A stretch of DNA of 64,000 nucleotides from Paraspadella gotoi (Eukaryota > Animalia > Chaetognatha): NCBI GenBank assembly GCA_051294375.1, contig CM119270.1:4270301-4334300 (forward strand), read 5' to 3'. Below, in pieces: positions 1 through 15,824 of this stretch (position 1 is the first letter of the stretch; every line of letters starts with the position of its first letter). Both the position numbers and the translations under genes were made by a program. The notes under the pieces are model-generated. The model did no database searches and was not told the DNA's origin. It worked only from the letters and a program-made list of their open reading frames with translations.

Positions 1-1318
1 ACAACTTAGAGAAAAAAAACGAATCCAACAAAAAAACCAAACGTAAATTATTTTTTTGTCTCCAAGGGTTTCGAGTTTCACTTACGAGTTTCACCAACGA
101 AACCCAAACTTTGGTTTGTTTCCTTCCCCCCCCCCTCCGCCCCCTCCTCCTCCTCCCTCCCGCACTTTCCTTAAAAATAAAGTCTTGGAAAATGAAAGAG
201 GTCTGTCTGTTTAAGGGCATGAGACTTTTTTTTTTATCTGGTTCCCCTCCGAGTGCTCGCATTTCTCTCGAAGACGTTCTTGTAGATTTCGTTCGAACGC
301 TATAATTTATATATTTTATCTATTTACCTTTAATTTCTATTTGACATTCTCGTTCACGAAACAAAAGGGAAAAAAATTAAAAAAACAAACAAAAGGCGTT
401 GCTGTGAAATGAGTTTGACAGTTCTTTTATTTTACACTTTTTTTTTATTAAAAATTGTGGAAAGTTTACATAGTTTTTTGAGCTTCTCTATTCTGTCTCA
501 TGTCTCGCGACAGATAAATATCATTTCATCCAAAACTCTGGTTGGCCGTCCGCGTTTTCTAGCCGTACGGGTGCATGCATGTGTTTATTTTCGAGTAATC
601 TATTTTTAGCATTAATATAAGGATTTAATAAGACAATGAATTAGCGTTAGAAAACTCAATACTCCGTGGCTTAAACTATAGAAAAAAAAAGTGAAAACTC
701 GTAAGGCCAACCTTTCCTTCCCCAGAAAAAAAAAAACTCCGGCCCAACTAACTTACCTTTCATTTCCATGAATAACTCACTCTCGCTTAACCCCGCGCGC
801 AAAAAGAACCAACAAAACTAGTTAACGCTCTTCCGTTCTTAGAGAACTCTTATGCAGTTAAATCATCTACAGTAGTGTTTTTATTTTCGGGACTAAATTA
901 CAGTGCAGTACCAGTGTTCGATATTGATTTTTTTTGGCGATTATTTTTTCAATTTCTGCTCAACGGTTTCGTTGGACCGGTTATGATTTTTAAACCTTAC
1001 TTTTGAGAAAATACAAAAGCGACAGAATTTTTTACAATAGAAAATTATAAACGACTAGAACGTTAATGTTCAACAACCTAAAAACACGATATTTTCGAAT
1101 ATGTTGATTAAATGATTATAAAATTAACATAACATCGAATGCCAACCGGAGCTAACGAAACATAAACGAAGTCGTCACAACCTGAAATATCGAATTCCGT
1201 CGCTGCATTCATTTTTAAGAGTCTATAAATTCACCATGACCCCTCTCCACTCCTTTCTACCCCCCCTCCGACTCCACCCCCATCCACCCCAACTTCCTCC
1301 GACCCAACCCCCCCCCAG

Positions 1319-4215
<2,897 letters not shown>

Positions 4216-6069
4216 ATCGTGGAGACGAAACGCAACGACGACAACCAAAAACAGCAACTAGAAAAAAAAAAGAACATAACTTTTGAGGGGGGTCAAAAAA
4301 AGTAATTTATAAAACAAAGCGGAGAAGAGACGGCCGATATCTCAAAAACGACGAAATTCGTTTATAAAAAAAAACAAACAAAAATACGTAACGCCGAACT
4401 TCCAAACTGGACGCGACACCTCGCTTCCTTCTCGACCTAAGCAGCATCTGCATTAAAAAAACAAAAGACAATTACTCCCCGAGCCCGCGTCTTTTAACAT
4501 CATAAATTAGCGTTTCGAACTACGTTTCAGTTCAGTTTGTTTGAAATAAAAGCAACAATTTTGGTCGTTATTACGCAAATTTAAAAAAAAAAATACGAGA
4601 CAATCTAGTAGTTCGACCTCTATTTATTTTTATCAAAACGATAAGACCCGAAATTATATTCAAACATTTTTTTTTAAACAAAAAAATGATTTACCGAATT
4701 CCTTGACCCCCTTTTCCCCTTTTCTTTCGTTGTACACAATCAAATCGCATAAGATTTTATTTTTAAATTTTTTTTCCAATCCCGAGCATCAGAATAAGCG
4801 TCAAGCGTCCCGCAATTATTTATAAACGTAAGAAATTATTAATAAATTGTTTTCACGAAATTTTTTTACTCCCGGAATGTATATAAAGAAATTTGTTTTA
4901 GTTTTTATAATTTATCATCCCATTTACCCTCAGTCTCTCAAAAATATTTTATTTTTATTCTCAATATAATTTTTTTCTTTTTGGTTTGAAATTATCAATA
5001 ACCTTTTTTTTTTCATTTCTTCCTTGGGAGAACTTGATACCGAAAGTCTTCGTTAATTATAATAATCACGTTATTATAATTAATAGCGATTATTTGATAA
5101 GTTTTTTTTTTCTTCGCATCCGACTGGTTTAATGGTGACAATCCCGCCACAGAACAGACGCTGGATGTGGACCGCCCGGATGTAATCGACGTCACACACC
5201 AAAGCATTTTTCTTCCGTCACGAAACAATTTCAAAAAAACAAAACAGAAAAACAAACGTGAAGGCAGCAAAGTCGTTTTCTTTCTCTGTTGTGATCGATT
5301 GGAAGATGAAAACGCAATTTTAAATTTGTTCATGATTTTACGATCGTACATTTTTAGTGATAAATTAGTTGTAGACGTACGTATACCTTCTAACGTACAC
5401 GAGCGAATTGTCCGAATCAATATCTTTATCCTTCGAATTGTTCCATCGTTAATTTAAGTAGTTCCTATAGATTCTGGTGCTATAATACTTTGTAGTGGGA
5501 CCGACGTAAAGATCGTAACATAGAAAACCCTTTTATCTTTTTAATTATTAAAGGAAATGATATTCAATTCCTTGCTACTTTCCATATCTTTATTATGATT
5601 AAAATTATCATTAACGTTTAAAGCCCCCTGTTAACGTTACTTTGAAGCAAATGCTGTAAAATCAAAGCCTTACAGAATCGATTATAATTTTGTCCAGTTA
5701 CGGTGCGAATTATTGCTCTGTTTTTCTTCCGAGGTGTCGATATAACCTAAGGCTAAGCAGCTTTTTGTTGTGAATCACAATGTAGCAAATAAACGTGTAA
5801 ATCAAGCTGGCTAGTCATTTAAATCAAGATGAAATACGAATCAAAATAGTTGGAAAGTTACATTCAACTCGATGTAATCTGAATCAAAGAATAAACGACA
5901 AAGTCACAAAGAAATGATTCCCGGTTCGATGTGTCGATAACTTTGTAAAAACATGATCTTTAATCGATGCTGTTGTTAATAGAGAAAGTGATGATTTCGC
6001 GTGCAGTCAACAGAAAATAAATTAAAGAGATTTTCAGCTCTCTCTCTCTCTCTCTCACTCTCACTCTCT

Positions 6070-7310
6070 CTAGTCCCCCTCATCCTCCAGTCTCTTCAGC
6101 GGCGGTAGTATCTTCGTCATGCCCTTACTTCCCCTGACCGGCGCGAGGGGCGCGCTTTTAATAGACGCCAAAGAGTCTTTGAGCGGCGCCAAGGTCAAGG
6201 AGTCGCCGTCCCCGGTTTCACCGGCGCTCTTCTTCCTCCTTCCCGCTTTTCCTTCCCTCGTTCTCCTATCCTCTTCCTCCTCCTCCTCTTCCTCCTCATC
6301 TTCCTCGTCCTCCTCGATGGCGTCCCCGCCGGAATCAGATGCCGCGCCGCCGCCGCCGAGCTTGGCGCCTTTGCCGAGCCGGTCGCAGACGAGGGTGAGG
6401 TGCTTCATCAATTTTGTTGTGTCTTTGGGGATCTGAAGCGGCGGCGGGTTGAGGGTCCTGAGGCGTGATGGTTTGGGGGGGGGGAAGAAAGAAATTCGAG
6501 ACTGTGGCCAACGATCGGGAGTTTGGTAATTTTCAATTCAATAATGAAAACCCCCAACGGCCCACCTATCCTTGGCGGATTTGGCGAGAGAAGTCTTGAG
6601 CAAATGGGTGAGAGCGGCGTCGGTGGTTTCCTCCCAACCCAACTCCGTGTTGTCCACGACTTCGGGCGTCAGAGCCGAAGTCAAGATATCGAAGTCGGCG
6701 TCGGGCATCGAGACCCACAGGCGGACGAGGGTCGCCAACAGGCGCGCGCCTGGTTGAGGGAAAAAAGTGATGAAATGTAAATTGGTACAACAAAAATGTA
6801 TAAAATTGTACATTCATTCCATAAATAAGCTATGTATTATGCTCCTGACTTTGGTCAGTCTATGGTGCGTTGAGGCTACCTTCCGTCTTAAAAGCAGAAA
6901 TCTTGCAATCAAGACTATCTTACAAGCAGCAATCTTGCAATCAAGACTATCTCACAGTCGGGTAAATTGGGAACCCGGCTTCCCTTTTAGAATGTAAATT
7001 TGTGCCTATGGCGGGAGGGGCGGGGGGGGCCATGATCTCTACCGGCGACAAAGAAAACCGCCATAATCTAGCGCTCTGTTGTTGTCGTCTATGGCGTCGC
7101 CTAAGGCGAGGATCTGTCGGTAGGTGCCGTCGAGAAGAACGTCGAGGTTGTTTAGCGGCGCCGGAGTTTTGTCTTTGAATCGCGTCAAGAGGCGGCGCTG
7201 AATGGCGCGGAATTGTTGGGCGCGCTGAGGAAAAGAGGGGGGAAAGAATTGAGACGAGATGAGGGAAATAAGAGGGGGAAAAGTGGAGGAAGGAAAAGAA
7301 AAAAAGGGGA

Positions 7311-7406
<96 letters not shown>

Positions 7407-10400
7407 ATGAAAGAATATAAATAAATAAGTAAATAAATAAATTTACATCGTAGCAAACCTGAGCCAACAAATCCTTGTACTTCTCCGCCGTCGTCCGCAA
7501 CTGATGATGTTGATCGACCAAGGTCCCAAATTCCTGCAGCGGCATCGGCCCGTCGAACGTCATCTTAAAGGGCTCAGGTCCGCCGCCGCCGACGCCGCGG
7601 CTGCCGAAGTGTTTGTACATTCTGGGTTCGGGAAAAGGGAAAAGACGAGATGGAAACTGAAGTCAACCTAGAAATATTTTTTATGGCGCGAAACTTGTCT
7701 GATTTCAACAAAACAACGGATAAACAGAAGGAAAACGAGAGCCCAATCCACAATTAACAAGCCAAAGAAAAAAGTTCAATCTCAGATCAACGCCTTCCAC
7801 TTGGCAGACCTGTTGACGAACTCATCCAAGACGATCCAGACGGCTTCGAAGGCGTCGGACTGAATTCGGTATCGTTGCGAGGATTTGGAGGCCAAAACGG
7901 AGACGATGGCGCCGGAGTAGTACTGAGGGAGGGGGGGTGTGGAAGGGATGGTGGGGGTGAGAAGGGAAACGGAGAGAGTGTTGGGGAAAGGGGGGTGAAG
8001 ATAAGAGAGTGAGACGAACCTGCATTCCGATCAGGTTGGCGTTGCTTCCGTTGTCGATGGCGAGATCGGGGAATATCTCCGCCAGCGAAACTGCAAATAA
8101 ATAAATGAATAAATAAATAAATGAATAAATATTTTTCAATGATAATTTTTCCTTAAATTTTCGATTCACCACTCACCCCCTGCACATCCGCCCTCACCCC
8201 TTTTTTCTCACCCGGCGGTCGGTTGGAGTCGAGGGTGATCTTCACGGCGGCGTTCTTCTGCGGAAGCGCGGGTTTCATAACGAGGCGCAGCGGAAGCGTC
8301 ATTTGCGTCTTCATCACGCGGGGCGCGTCCGTCGTCGTTTTGTAAGACGCCGTCAGAGTAGCCTGAGTGTGGAACAGAGATAGACAGAAAAGTGAGATAA
8401 AATATAAAGTAGGATTGGCCCACGGGGCCCAAGGGGCTCCCATTTGGCGTCGACCAGTGTGGTCGCCCACAATGGTCTCGCTTCCGTCTCGCCACTGACC
8501 CGGAGATCCGAGGCGGCGGCGAGGCCTCTGGAGAAGAAGGGGACGGAAATCTCGGTGGAGTCGCGGACTTTGAGGCTGAACTGCTGCTGATTCGTCGCCA
8601 CAGGAGGTTGACAGTGGACGTGGAGTTTGACCTCGTCCACTGGGAAGCTGGGGTAGAAGTGGGGGATGCGGGAGAGTAGAATGGAATAAGAAGGAAGAGG
8701 GGGAAAAAAAAAGAAGGAAATTTTCCACTTTTTTCCTTTTTTCATCAACCTGGATTTGACGATAACTTTAACCGTGACCGAGGGAACGTCCTCTTCCGTC
8801 GCTTCTCCCGATTCTGGGGAGAGAGTCTTCATCGACACTTCGTCCATCTTGTTGGGGACCTAAAGAGTTGAGAGCGACATTTGTTTATTTTTTTTTTTTC
8901 TTCTTTCTTTCCCGAACTGTTTCTTTTTCTTTTCTTTTCTTTTCATTTTTTAGTTCTTTCTTTATTTTTTTCTCTCACTTGAACGATGATTTGCAACTCG
9001 TCCGAAAGATTTCTCGTCATCGGCTGAGACTTGCGTTGGCTCTCTTTTATTCGTTTCTGACAAAGAGAATAAAATAAATCCGTTTCCTGCGATGTTATAA
9101 TAAATAAAATAATATAATCTTACTTGCAACTGAACGAGTTCAACGTCCGTCTCCTGATAGTTGATCTCTCTGGCCTCCGAGGGCGGAGCCATGAAGATGG
9201 AAGGGTCGGTCCCCAAGTAAGAGCACTGGAGGTGACCGTTCTCGGAGAGAGTAACGAGACAACCCTAAGGGCAAAAGATAACGAGATTAGTGGAACCCTC
9301 ATTCATCGTCTTCCCCTCTTCATCCACTCACTTTGATGTCTTGAAAATGCCCGATCCGAATCTGCACCGGACTGTCGGGCAACGTGGCCGCCCATTCCAA
9401 CGTCTTGTCTTCAAAGAGAAGAAGTTGGTTCGTCCCGTGGGTGCAGACGATGAGGGAAGTGGCGCCGCCTTCCGGCGCCGTCGAACCGGACTTTAACGGC
9501 GCCATTCTATCAGGAGAAATAATAATATTCAGTTAATAAAGCGATAAGTTCTAAATTAATTATTAACTAATAACTAGTCCACCATTGTCCCCGCCGTCAG
9601 AACCTGTATGGCAAGAAGCAGCTTGGGTTGTACTCGAACTTCTTCATCCACTTCAAGGTCCCATTGTCCCTGACGCAGAAAAGGTTTCTCTCGCCGAGGA
9701 CGAAGATGAGGAATCCCGGCGGGGCGCTCGAGGAGACGGTCGTCCCGTCGATCACCTGGAGGGATAGTTTGTTGTTGTTGTTGTTAGCCAATTACGTTAG
9801 TTTATATTGCTAAAAAAAACCTCGATCTGAAGTGCTGCCTCCCCGATTCGAAACGACCAGTCCATCGTGACCCGTTTGCCCGAGGTCACCGCAGCCGCCT
9901 CTTCCTTGGAGCCGGCGTCCGACGCCACCGCGAGGACTTGATACCTTAATATAGCGATAAATCAAAACAATAGGAGAATAAAAGAAAATAAATAATACAT
10001 TGACAGAGCAAGAAGAACGAGAAAGAGAGAATGATTGGGAGATTTGTTTTTTTCGAATTATTAAGCAGATCCCATCTCTCCCCTTTCCAACAAGATCTAC
10101 AATTTTTCCTCATCTCCCCTCCTTTCCCGACCACAAATCACTTGTAGCTCTCCAACTGCCATTGCGACGAGACGGTGACTATCGAGTCCGTCCTCGGGAC
10201 GAACTTGATCGGCCCAGGGAGCAGCGATCCCGGAAGGAACCTCGTGAAGGCGAAGGATTCTTGCTCGAAGAAGGAAAGAGTCGCGTCCATCGATTGAACG
10301 CAGACAAAGTCTTTTCCGCGAACGCCGCCGAAGCCGCCCGTGCAGAAGTTGCAAGCGGAACGCTGAGGGTTGGGAGAAAACAAAAGAGGCTTGGTTAGTA

Positions 10401-11253
10401 TTAATTTTGATTAATAATTATTAATCGAATTAATTAACAATTAAGGTTTTTTTTCTTTCTTTCTTCGCGGTATCTTCAACTAAATTCATCGAACGATCTC
10501 ATCTTCTTTCTATTTTTTTTCCTCTGTACTCTCTCTCTATTATCCTCCCCTGACCAAAACCTGCAGGATGTGCTCATATTGCAGAGTAACGCTGGCGTGG
10601 CTGCCGTAGTCGACAGCGGCTTGGACAGACTGGATGGAATAGACGGCAAACTTGCGAGGATGGAGGACGGCCAGGTGCGTCTTGTCAGAGCCTTTGGAAG
10701 ATTGAAAACAACAATGACGAAAATGAACTTACCTCCCCGAAAAAAAAGCGAAACTCACCCGACACGAATCTACCGCATTCCACTTGAAGGATGGGCGCAT
10801 TCAACTGTTGCTCCACAAGAAGATCTTCCGGTTTAAATCCTGAATCGAATTAGTGACGAATTTAACACATAGTCGCTTACTTACTCTCCAGATGCTAAAC
10901 TCACCCGTTGACGGCGACCCGACCTCGGGGTCGCGTTTAGTGGGTGGGTGAGGGTTGTAGACGCGGAGAATCCCGTGGAAACTGCCCACGACGATCTTGT
11001 CCAACCTTCGGGAAAGTGACTAACGAAGTTAAGTTATTTCAAACAACAATCAAAGGGCCTCAAGACCACAACACCGTCCACCAGGGAACTGACTGAAACT
11101 GGATAATCCCTCATCTATTTGATGGATCAACCTGTTGGGGGCGTTGTCGACGTTTCCGAGACAGAGACTCCCGAGATCAAACTCTTCCTCCTCTTCTGTC
11201 GACGCCCCATTGGCTCGCGTCGACCACCAATCACGAGCCTTAAACAGCGACAT
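6070..11253 (-). CDS. BBS9: BBSome subunit PTHB1/BBS9, apparently complete gene of about 19 exons
   Basis: Starts MSLFKARDWWST; exons encode DKIVVGSFHGILRVYNP, HLAVLHPRK, KDFVCVQSMDATLSFFEQESFAFTRFLPGSLLPGP, YQVLAVASDA, RYRIQSD, QFRAIQRRLLTRFKDKTPAPLNNLDVLLDGTY and ELGWEETTDAALTHLLKTSLAKS, all hallmark BBS9 segments with GT-AG boundaries; stop at 6070. Confidence 0.95.
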
Positions 11254-11648
11254 CTCCGTTCAACTTTGAGTCTTTTGTTTTTTGTTTTTTTTCTAACGCG
11301 TTCACTTCAAGCTTCTCGACGCCATTTGTTCTTTAAAACGAATTGGAAACAGACAAATAGTGAAATAGAGAAGACGAAATACGTTATTACAGATACGCTT
11401 TAGACCTGCTGTTCGTGCTCTAACAATGCAGGGAATTTTTTGGGACGAGAGCAAGGGCCGTGCAGCTCCGTCGGCGATAAAGCAGTGGAACAGAGAAACA
11501 ACAGAAACAAACAAATGGACAAAAAAACATAGTGGAACAAGTCGATACTGATCTATGGAAAATTCTCATAAAAAATATTGGCAAAAAGTTAAGAACTGTA
11601 GGGACTAGATTTTTTTTTTTGTTTGACATCCGTCGACAGCCTTATTGA

Positions 11649-12775
11649 TTAAGACGCTCCCTCTCCCGGCACCGTCTCTTCCGGCGCCGATTCTCCCGCC
11701 TCCGTCTCGCCCCCGGCGCCCTCTGACTCTCCGGTCTTGAGCGCCTTTCGAGCCTTGAATCCCCGGAATCCCGCTTGGATCTTCAGCGTGGCCTCTTGGA
11801 CGTCTTTGGCCTCCAAGTCTGGCAACTCCTCTTCCTCCTCTTCTTGAGGCGGAGGAGGAGGAGGAGCGGGGGCTTCCGCCATTGACTGCTCCTGTATGGA
11901 GAAAGAGAAAGAGGGCTTGCAGGAAAAATGCATTCATTATTGTTAAAAATATTTAACAATTTTTTTAGCTTTAAAGTTTAAGAGCGTTCCTAGCTATTGA
12001 AAATTTAAAAAAAAAAATCAAGATACTGAAAAATTATCACAAGGTCTGGGGCACAATTTGTACTGTTGTCTTCTAGTCCTAAACTCTAAGAAAAAAAGAA
12101 CAAAATATGGCGAAGTTCAAACTCACCTTCATCGACTTCCGCGCCTTGAAGCCTCGAAATCCGGCCTGAATCTTCAGGGTGGCGTCTTGAACGCCGGCGT
12201 CGTTCAAGTCCGGGAGCTCTTCCTCCTCTTCCTCTTCTTCCGGCGCGGCAGTGGGCACGTGCGGCTCTGGCGGAGGATCATCCTTCATCGATTTGCGCGT
12301 CTTGTAGCCTCGGAAGTTGGCCTGGATCTTGAGGGCGGCCTCGCCCGTCTTGGGGTCGTCCAGATCGATGTCGATCTCTGGTGGAGTTTGGGAAGGGGGG
12401 AGAATAGGAGAAATAAGGAAGGAAGGGGGAAAGGGGAAGAAAATTAAGTAAGAAGAAAAAGATAAGGCAGGTAGGAAAGGCCACATGAAGGCAATAAGAA
12501 GTTTAAAGGTATTTAAAAAGAAAGGAAGAAAAGAAAGAAAAGAAAGAAAAAATAAAGAATAAAAGATATCAAGGTGGAATTTGGACTCATGTGGACGGAG
12601 TTGCTTGACTTTGTCTCCCGATCTCTTCTTTCTTTTTCATTTTTATCTTCCCCTTATTTGTTCTCGTTTATTGTTGACATAAGATATTTTTGCAACCATT
12701 CCCGCAATTATTTGTTTGCTCTGTTTTTTTTTCAGAAAAAAACAAAAAAAAAAAAATTAAAAGGAAAGAAAGAAA

Positions 12776-12813
<38 letters not shown>

Positions 12814-13100
12814 TCAAGTTCACCTTCCTCCGCCTCCTCCTCCTTAGCCCGTCTCTCCGCCGCGATCAACGTCTCCCCGTTGTACATGAGATCCTCGTGC
12901 GCGGCGCCGATCTGCGCCGGGTCGGCGCCGCCCCCGGCCTCGCGCACCTTGAGGAGCCGATCGAAGTACTTGGCGGCGAACTCGTAGATCTCCTGCTCAC
13001 CTCGGGGTTGTTCCCGCAGCACCTCGCGGGCCAACCCCTCCAGGAGGTTCTGGAAGCCGCGAGGCACGCGGAGGGAAGTGTTGGAGAAAGGAACGGCCAT
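11649..13100 (-). CDS. SPA17: Sperm surface protein Sp17-like: N-terminal RIIa dimerisation/docking domain plus three IQ motifs; exons about 13100-12824, 12386-12128, 11891-11649
   Basis: MAVPFSNTSLRVPRGFQNLLEGLAREVLREQP...IYEFAAKYFDRLLK matches the SPA17 N-terminus; IQ motifs AALKIQANFRGYKTRK, ATLKIQAGFRGFKARKSMK and ATLKIQAGFRGFKARKALK. Confidence 0.9.
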
Positions 13101-14280
13101 GATAGAGGGTTGGGGGGGGCAATGAAGAAGAGGAGTGGAAAGAGGTGGAGCGGGTAGGAGTGGTAGCGGGAAGTTTGAGTAAAGAACGAGGCAGAAAGAC
13201 TTTTTGGCAATTTCTTTTTCTTTCTTTCTCGTCAAGTTCGAGTTCTTGTTACAGTGAAAAAGTTAATATTTTTAATATTAATATCCATGAATCGCTCAAT
13301 TTTGCGATTAAGCGAAGATTTTCCGTCAATCTCTTCTCCGTTTTGTCTCTTGTTTTTTCTGTTTTTTTTTTTTCGAAAGAGTTAAGAATTTCAAATCCCT
13401 ACAAAATAGATTAGACATATTTATTTTTTTTAAATACACAATATTAATTGATTTTTAAGGAAGTTCATTAAATAAAAGTGAACTTTGTGAGTGCGAAATA
13501 ATCTTTTACAAAATAAGTACGAGTCACCATCACCGTTAATGATTAAAAAAACCATGCAAAGAAAAGAAAGTTTTTTGTAAAATACATGCAAAGCGAAAGG
13601 TTTCCCTTGTAATACTGTTTTAGGCAATGAAGGTTTTTTATGAATGAAGGTTTAGTAAGAAACTTAGACTAGTATCATCGATTTCGGTTTCCCCGAGCTG
13701 AAAAAAAACGGAGATAATCCTCTCGTGCGGAGAGAGGAATCAGCGAATCTCGCGATCAATGCAAAGCGTTCAATTGAAGAACGCCCTCATCGACAGCGCC
13801 CTTTTAGTCGTCGCCCTCTCCGGGAACGTCGCTGTCCATTCCGCCATCTGCGCCGACATCGTCGCCCGTCAAATCCTCGTCGGCCGCCGAGGGATCTTCC
13901 GCGCTTTCGCCCACCGCGCCGGCCGCGGCTAAAATAGGAAACGGGGGGAAAAAACAACATTATCATTTATACATTACAGCATTTTAAATATCAACGTACT
14001 AAAGAACACTGCGTAGCAGTCTTAAATATTTAAAACGCCGATTTTAATAATACGGGAATAAATTTCCGCCCAAGAAATCAAGTGTCGAAAGATTGAAAAA
14101 TAAAAATCTTGCTATTAAAAGCAAAGAGATGACATTACATAATCGAAATAATTTAAGTTATATATTTTGATGTTAGTGGTTTAGATATATTTTTCCGTGT
14201 TTACAGTCTTTTTTATGCTGTTAACACTGTTACTGCGTTACTGTTACTGTTATAGCGTTACTGTTTTTGTTTTGAACTAT

Positions 14281-15640
14281 AGTGGAGATCCTGATTATTA
14301 TTATTAGTAAGAAAGTAAATAAAATCGCCGGCCGAATTCTTTAAAAATTCCAATGCCCGCTAAGAAATATTTTGCTCCCTCTGTTCAAACGCCGGTCGCA
14401 AAACGTTACCTTATTTGGAAGTATTTTTACTTGTTTACTTTACAAATGTAAACCAATTTTTCTCTCTCTCGCCATATAAAAATGAATGCCACTTTGTACA
14501 ATTAGCCAATTCGATTCCATTCGCTTTTCTGATTTCAATAAATCGATTCATCTCATTTTGTTCGCCATTTTTATCTCGACCACCTCCACTTGATGGCAGC
14601 GGTGGGTCCCACCTCAATGTGGGATTACACCTCAAAGAGAATGGCAAAAGATGAATCTTGTTGTTTTTTTTTTGTGTCACTGAGTGGATATGCGAAATTT
14701 GGACTAACGTTTCTCCTGCTTCGTTAAAGTCTCTGCCAACTTGAAAACAACATCAATTTTTTGCGTGAACGTTCGTCATCAAAGGGCACTGGAGCACGTC
14801 AGCGTCACGTTCTATGGCAAGTTTTGGACGCCGAAAAGACCATGTGGATCGGCGATGAGATGGGAGATGTTTGAGACCAGTGGATCATGTTTGCGTTTGC
14901 GGCAACATGCACCAGTAGTCACTTGTACTGTACTGGAGAAATAGCCCTGGTTATGCCTCCTACGCCACAGAGGATCTGCGTCACGATGCTACGTCATCAC
15001 TCTTTTCAAAGTCTAAATGTGTGCTCATCTCTTTGTGCTGTTCACTGTGTTCATGGGTGCTATCAACTTCATCACAAACTTGATGTCTTTCGTGATTCAT
15101 AAATCAGAACTTCGTAATTTTAATTTTCATGTGTGATTTACCAACGCTACCGTATATTTTCCTAAATTATTATTTAAATTTCATTTTGATATTTTCGCAT
15201 TATTTAGCTTTAACTGGCCAAAAAAAGTTACTGTGATGTGTACTTTTATTTTAGAAAGTGGCCGTTTTTATTTAATTTTATTTGCTTTACTTTGATACTC
15301 ATTTATTTGCTTTCTTTGGTGCGGTGGCCGAGTGGAGATCCTGATTATTATTATTAGTAAGAAAGTAAATAAAATCGCCGGCCGAATTCTTTAAAAATTC
15401 CAATGCCCGCTAAGAAATATTTTGCTCCCTCTGTTCAAACGCCGGTCGCAAAACGTTATTTATTGGAAGTATTTTTTACTTGTTTACTTTACAAATGTAA
15501 ACCAAATTTTCTCTCTCTCGCCATATAAAAATGAATGCCACTTTGTACAATTAGCCATTCGATTCCATTCGCTTTTCTGATTTCAATAAATCGATTTCCA
15601 TTCATTTTTGTTCGCCATTTTTATCTCGACCACCTCCACT
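14281..15640 (+). mobile_element. Non-autonomous LTR retrotransposon (TRIM-like), 1360 bp, with 310-bp LTRs at 14281-14590 and 15331-15640
   Basis: Near-identical 310-bp direct repeats, each bounded by inverted AGTGGAG...CTCCACT; 4-bp target-site duplication CTAT (14277-14280 and 15641-15644); PBS directly after the 5' LTR; ~740-bp interior with no recognisable gag or pol. Confidence 0.9.
14591..14606 (+). promoter_or_regulatory. Primer-binding site complementary to the 3' end of tRNA-Leu (AAG/TAG type)
   Basis: TGATGGCAGCGGTGGG versus TGGTGGCAGCGGTGGG, the reverse complement of the ...CCCACCGCTGCCA-CCA end of tRNA-Leu (15/16), abutting the 5' LTR. Confidence 0.8.
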
Positions 15641-15824
15641 CTATGTTAATATCGTTTTAATAAAATTTAAAAAAAATTAAGTGATTTAAATTTAAATTAT
15701 TTAAAAAAAAATTTAAGTGTCCTTTTAATGCCACTGACAAGAACTCTCTTTTGGGGAACCCGGCTTCCTTTTAGAATGTAAATTTGTGCCTATGGCGGGG
15801 AGGGGCTGGTGGGGCCATGATCTC

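Noticed and set aside
6899-6952. 22-bp direct repeat AATCTTGCAATCAAGACTATCT close to the block-A breakpoint
   Set aside because: Only two copies in an intron; a simple slippage duplication with no element ends or array.
14741-15102. Short ORFs inside the LTR element
   Set aside because: About 70 codons, no gag, protease or RT motifs, and frames differ between the two copies.
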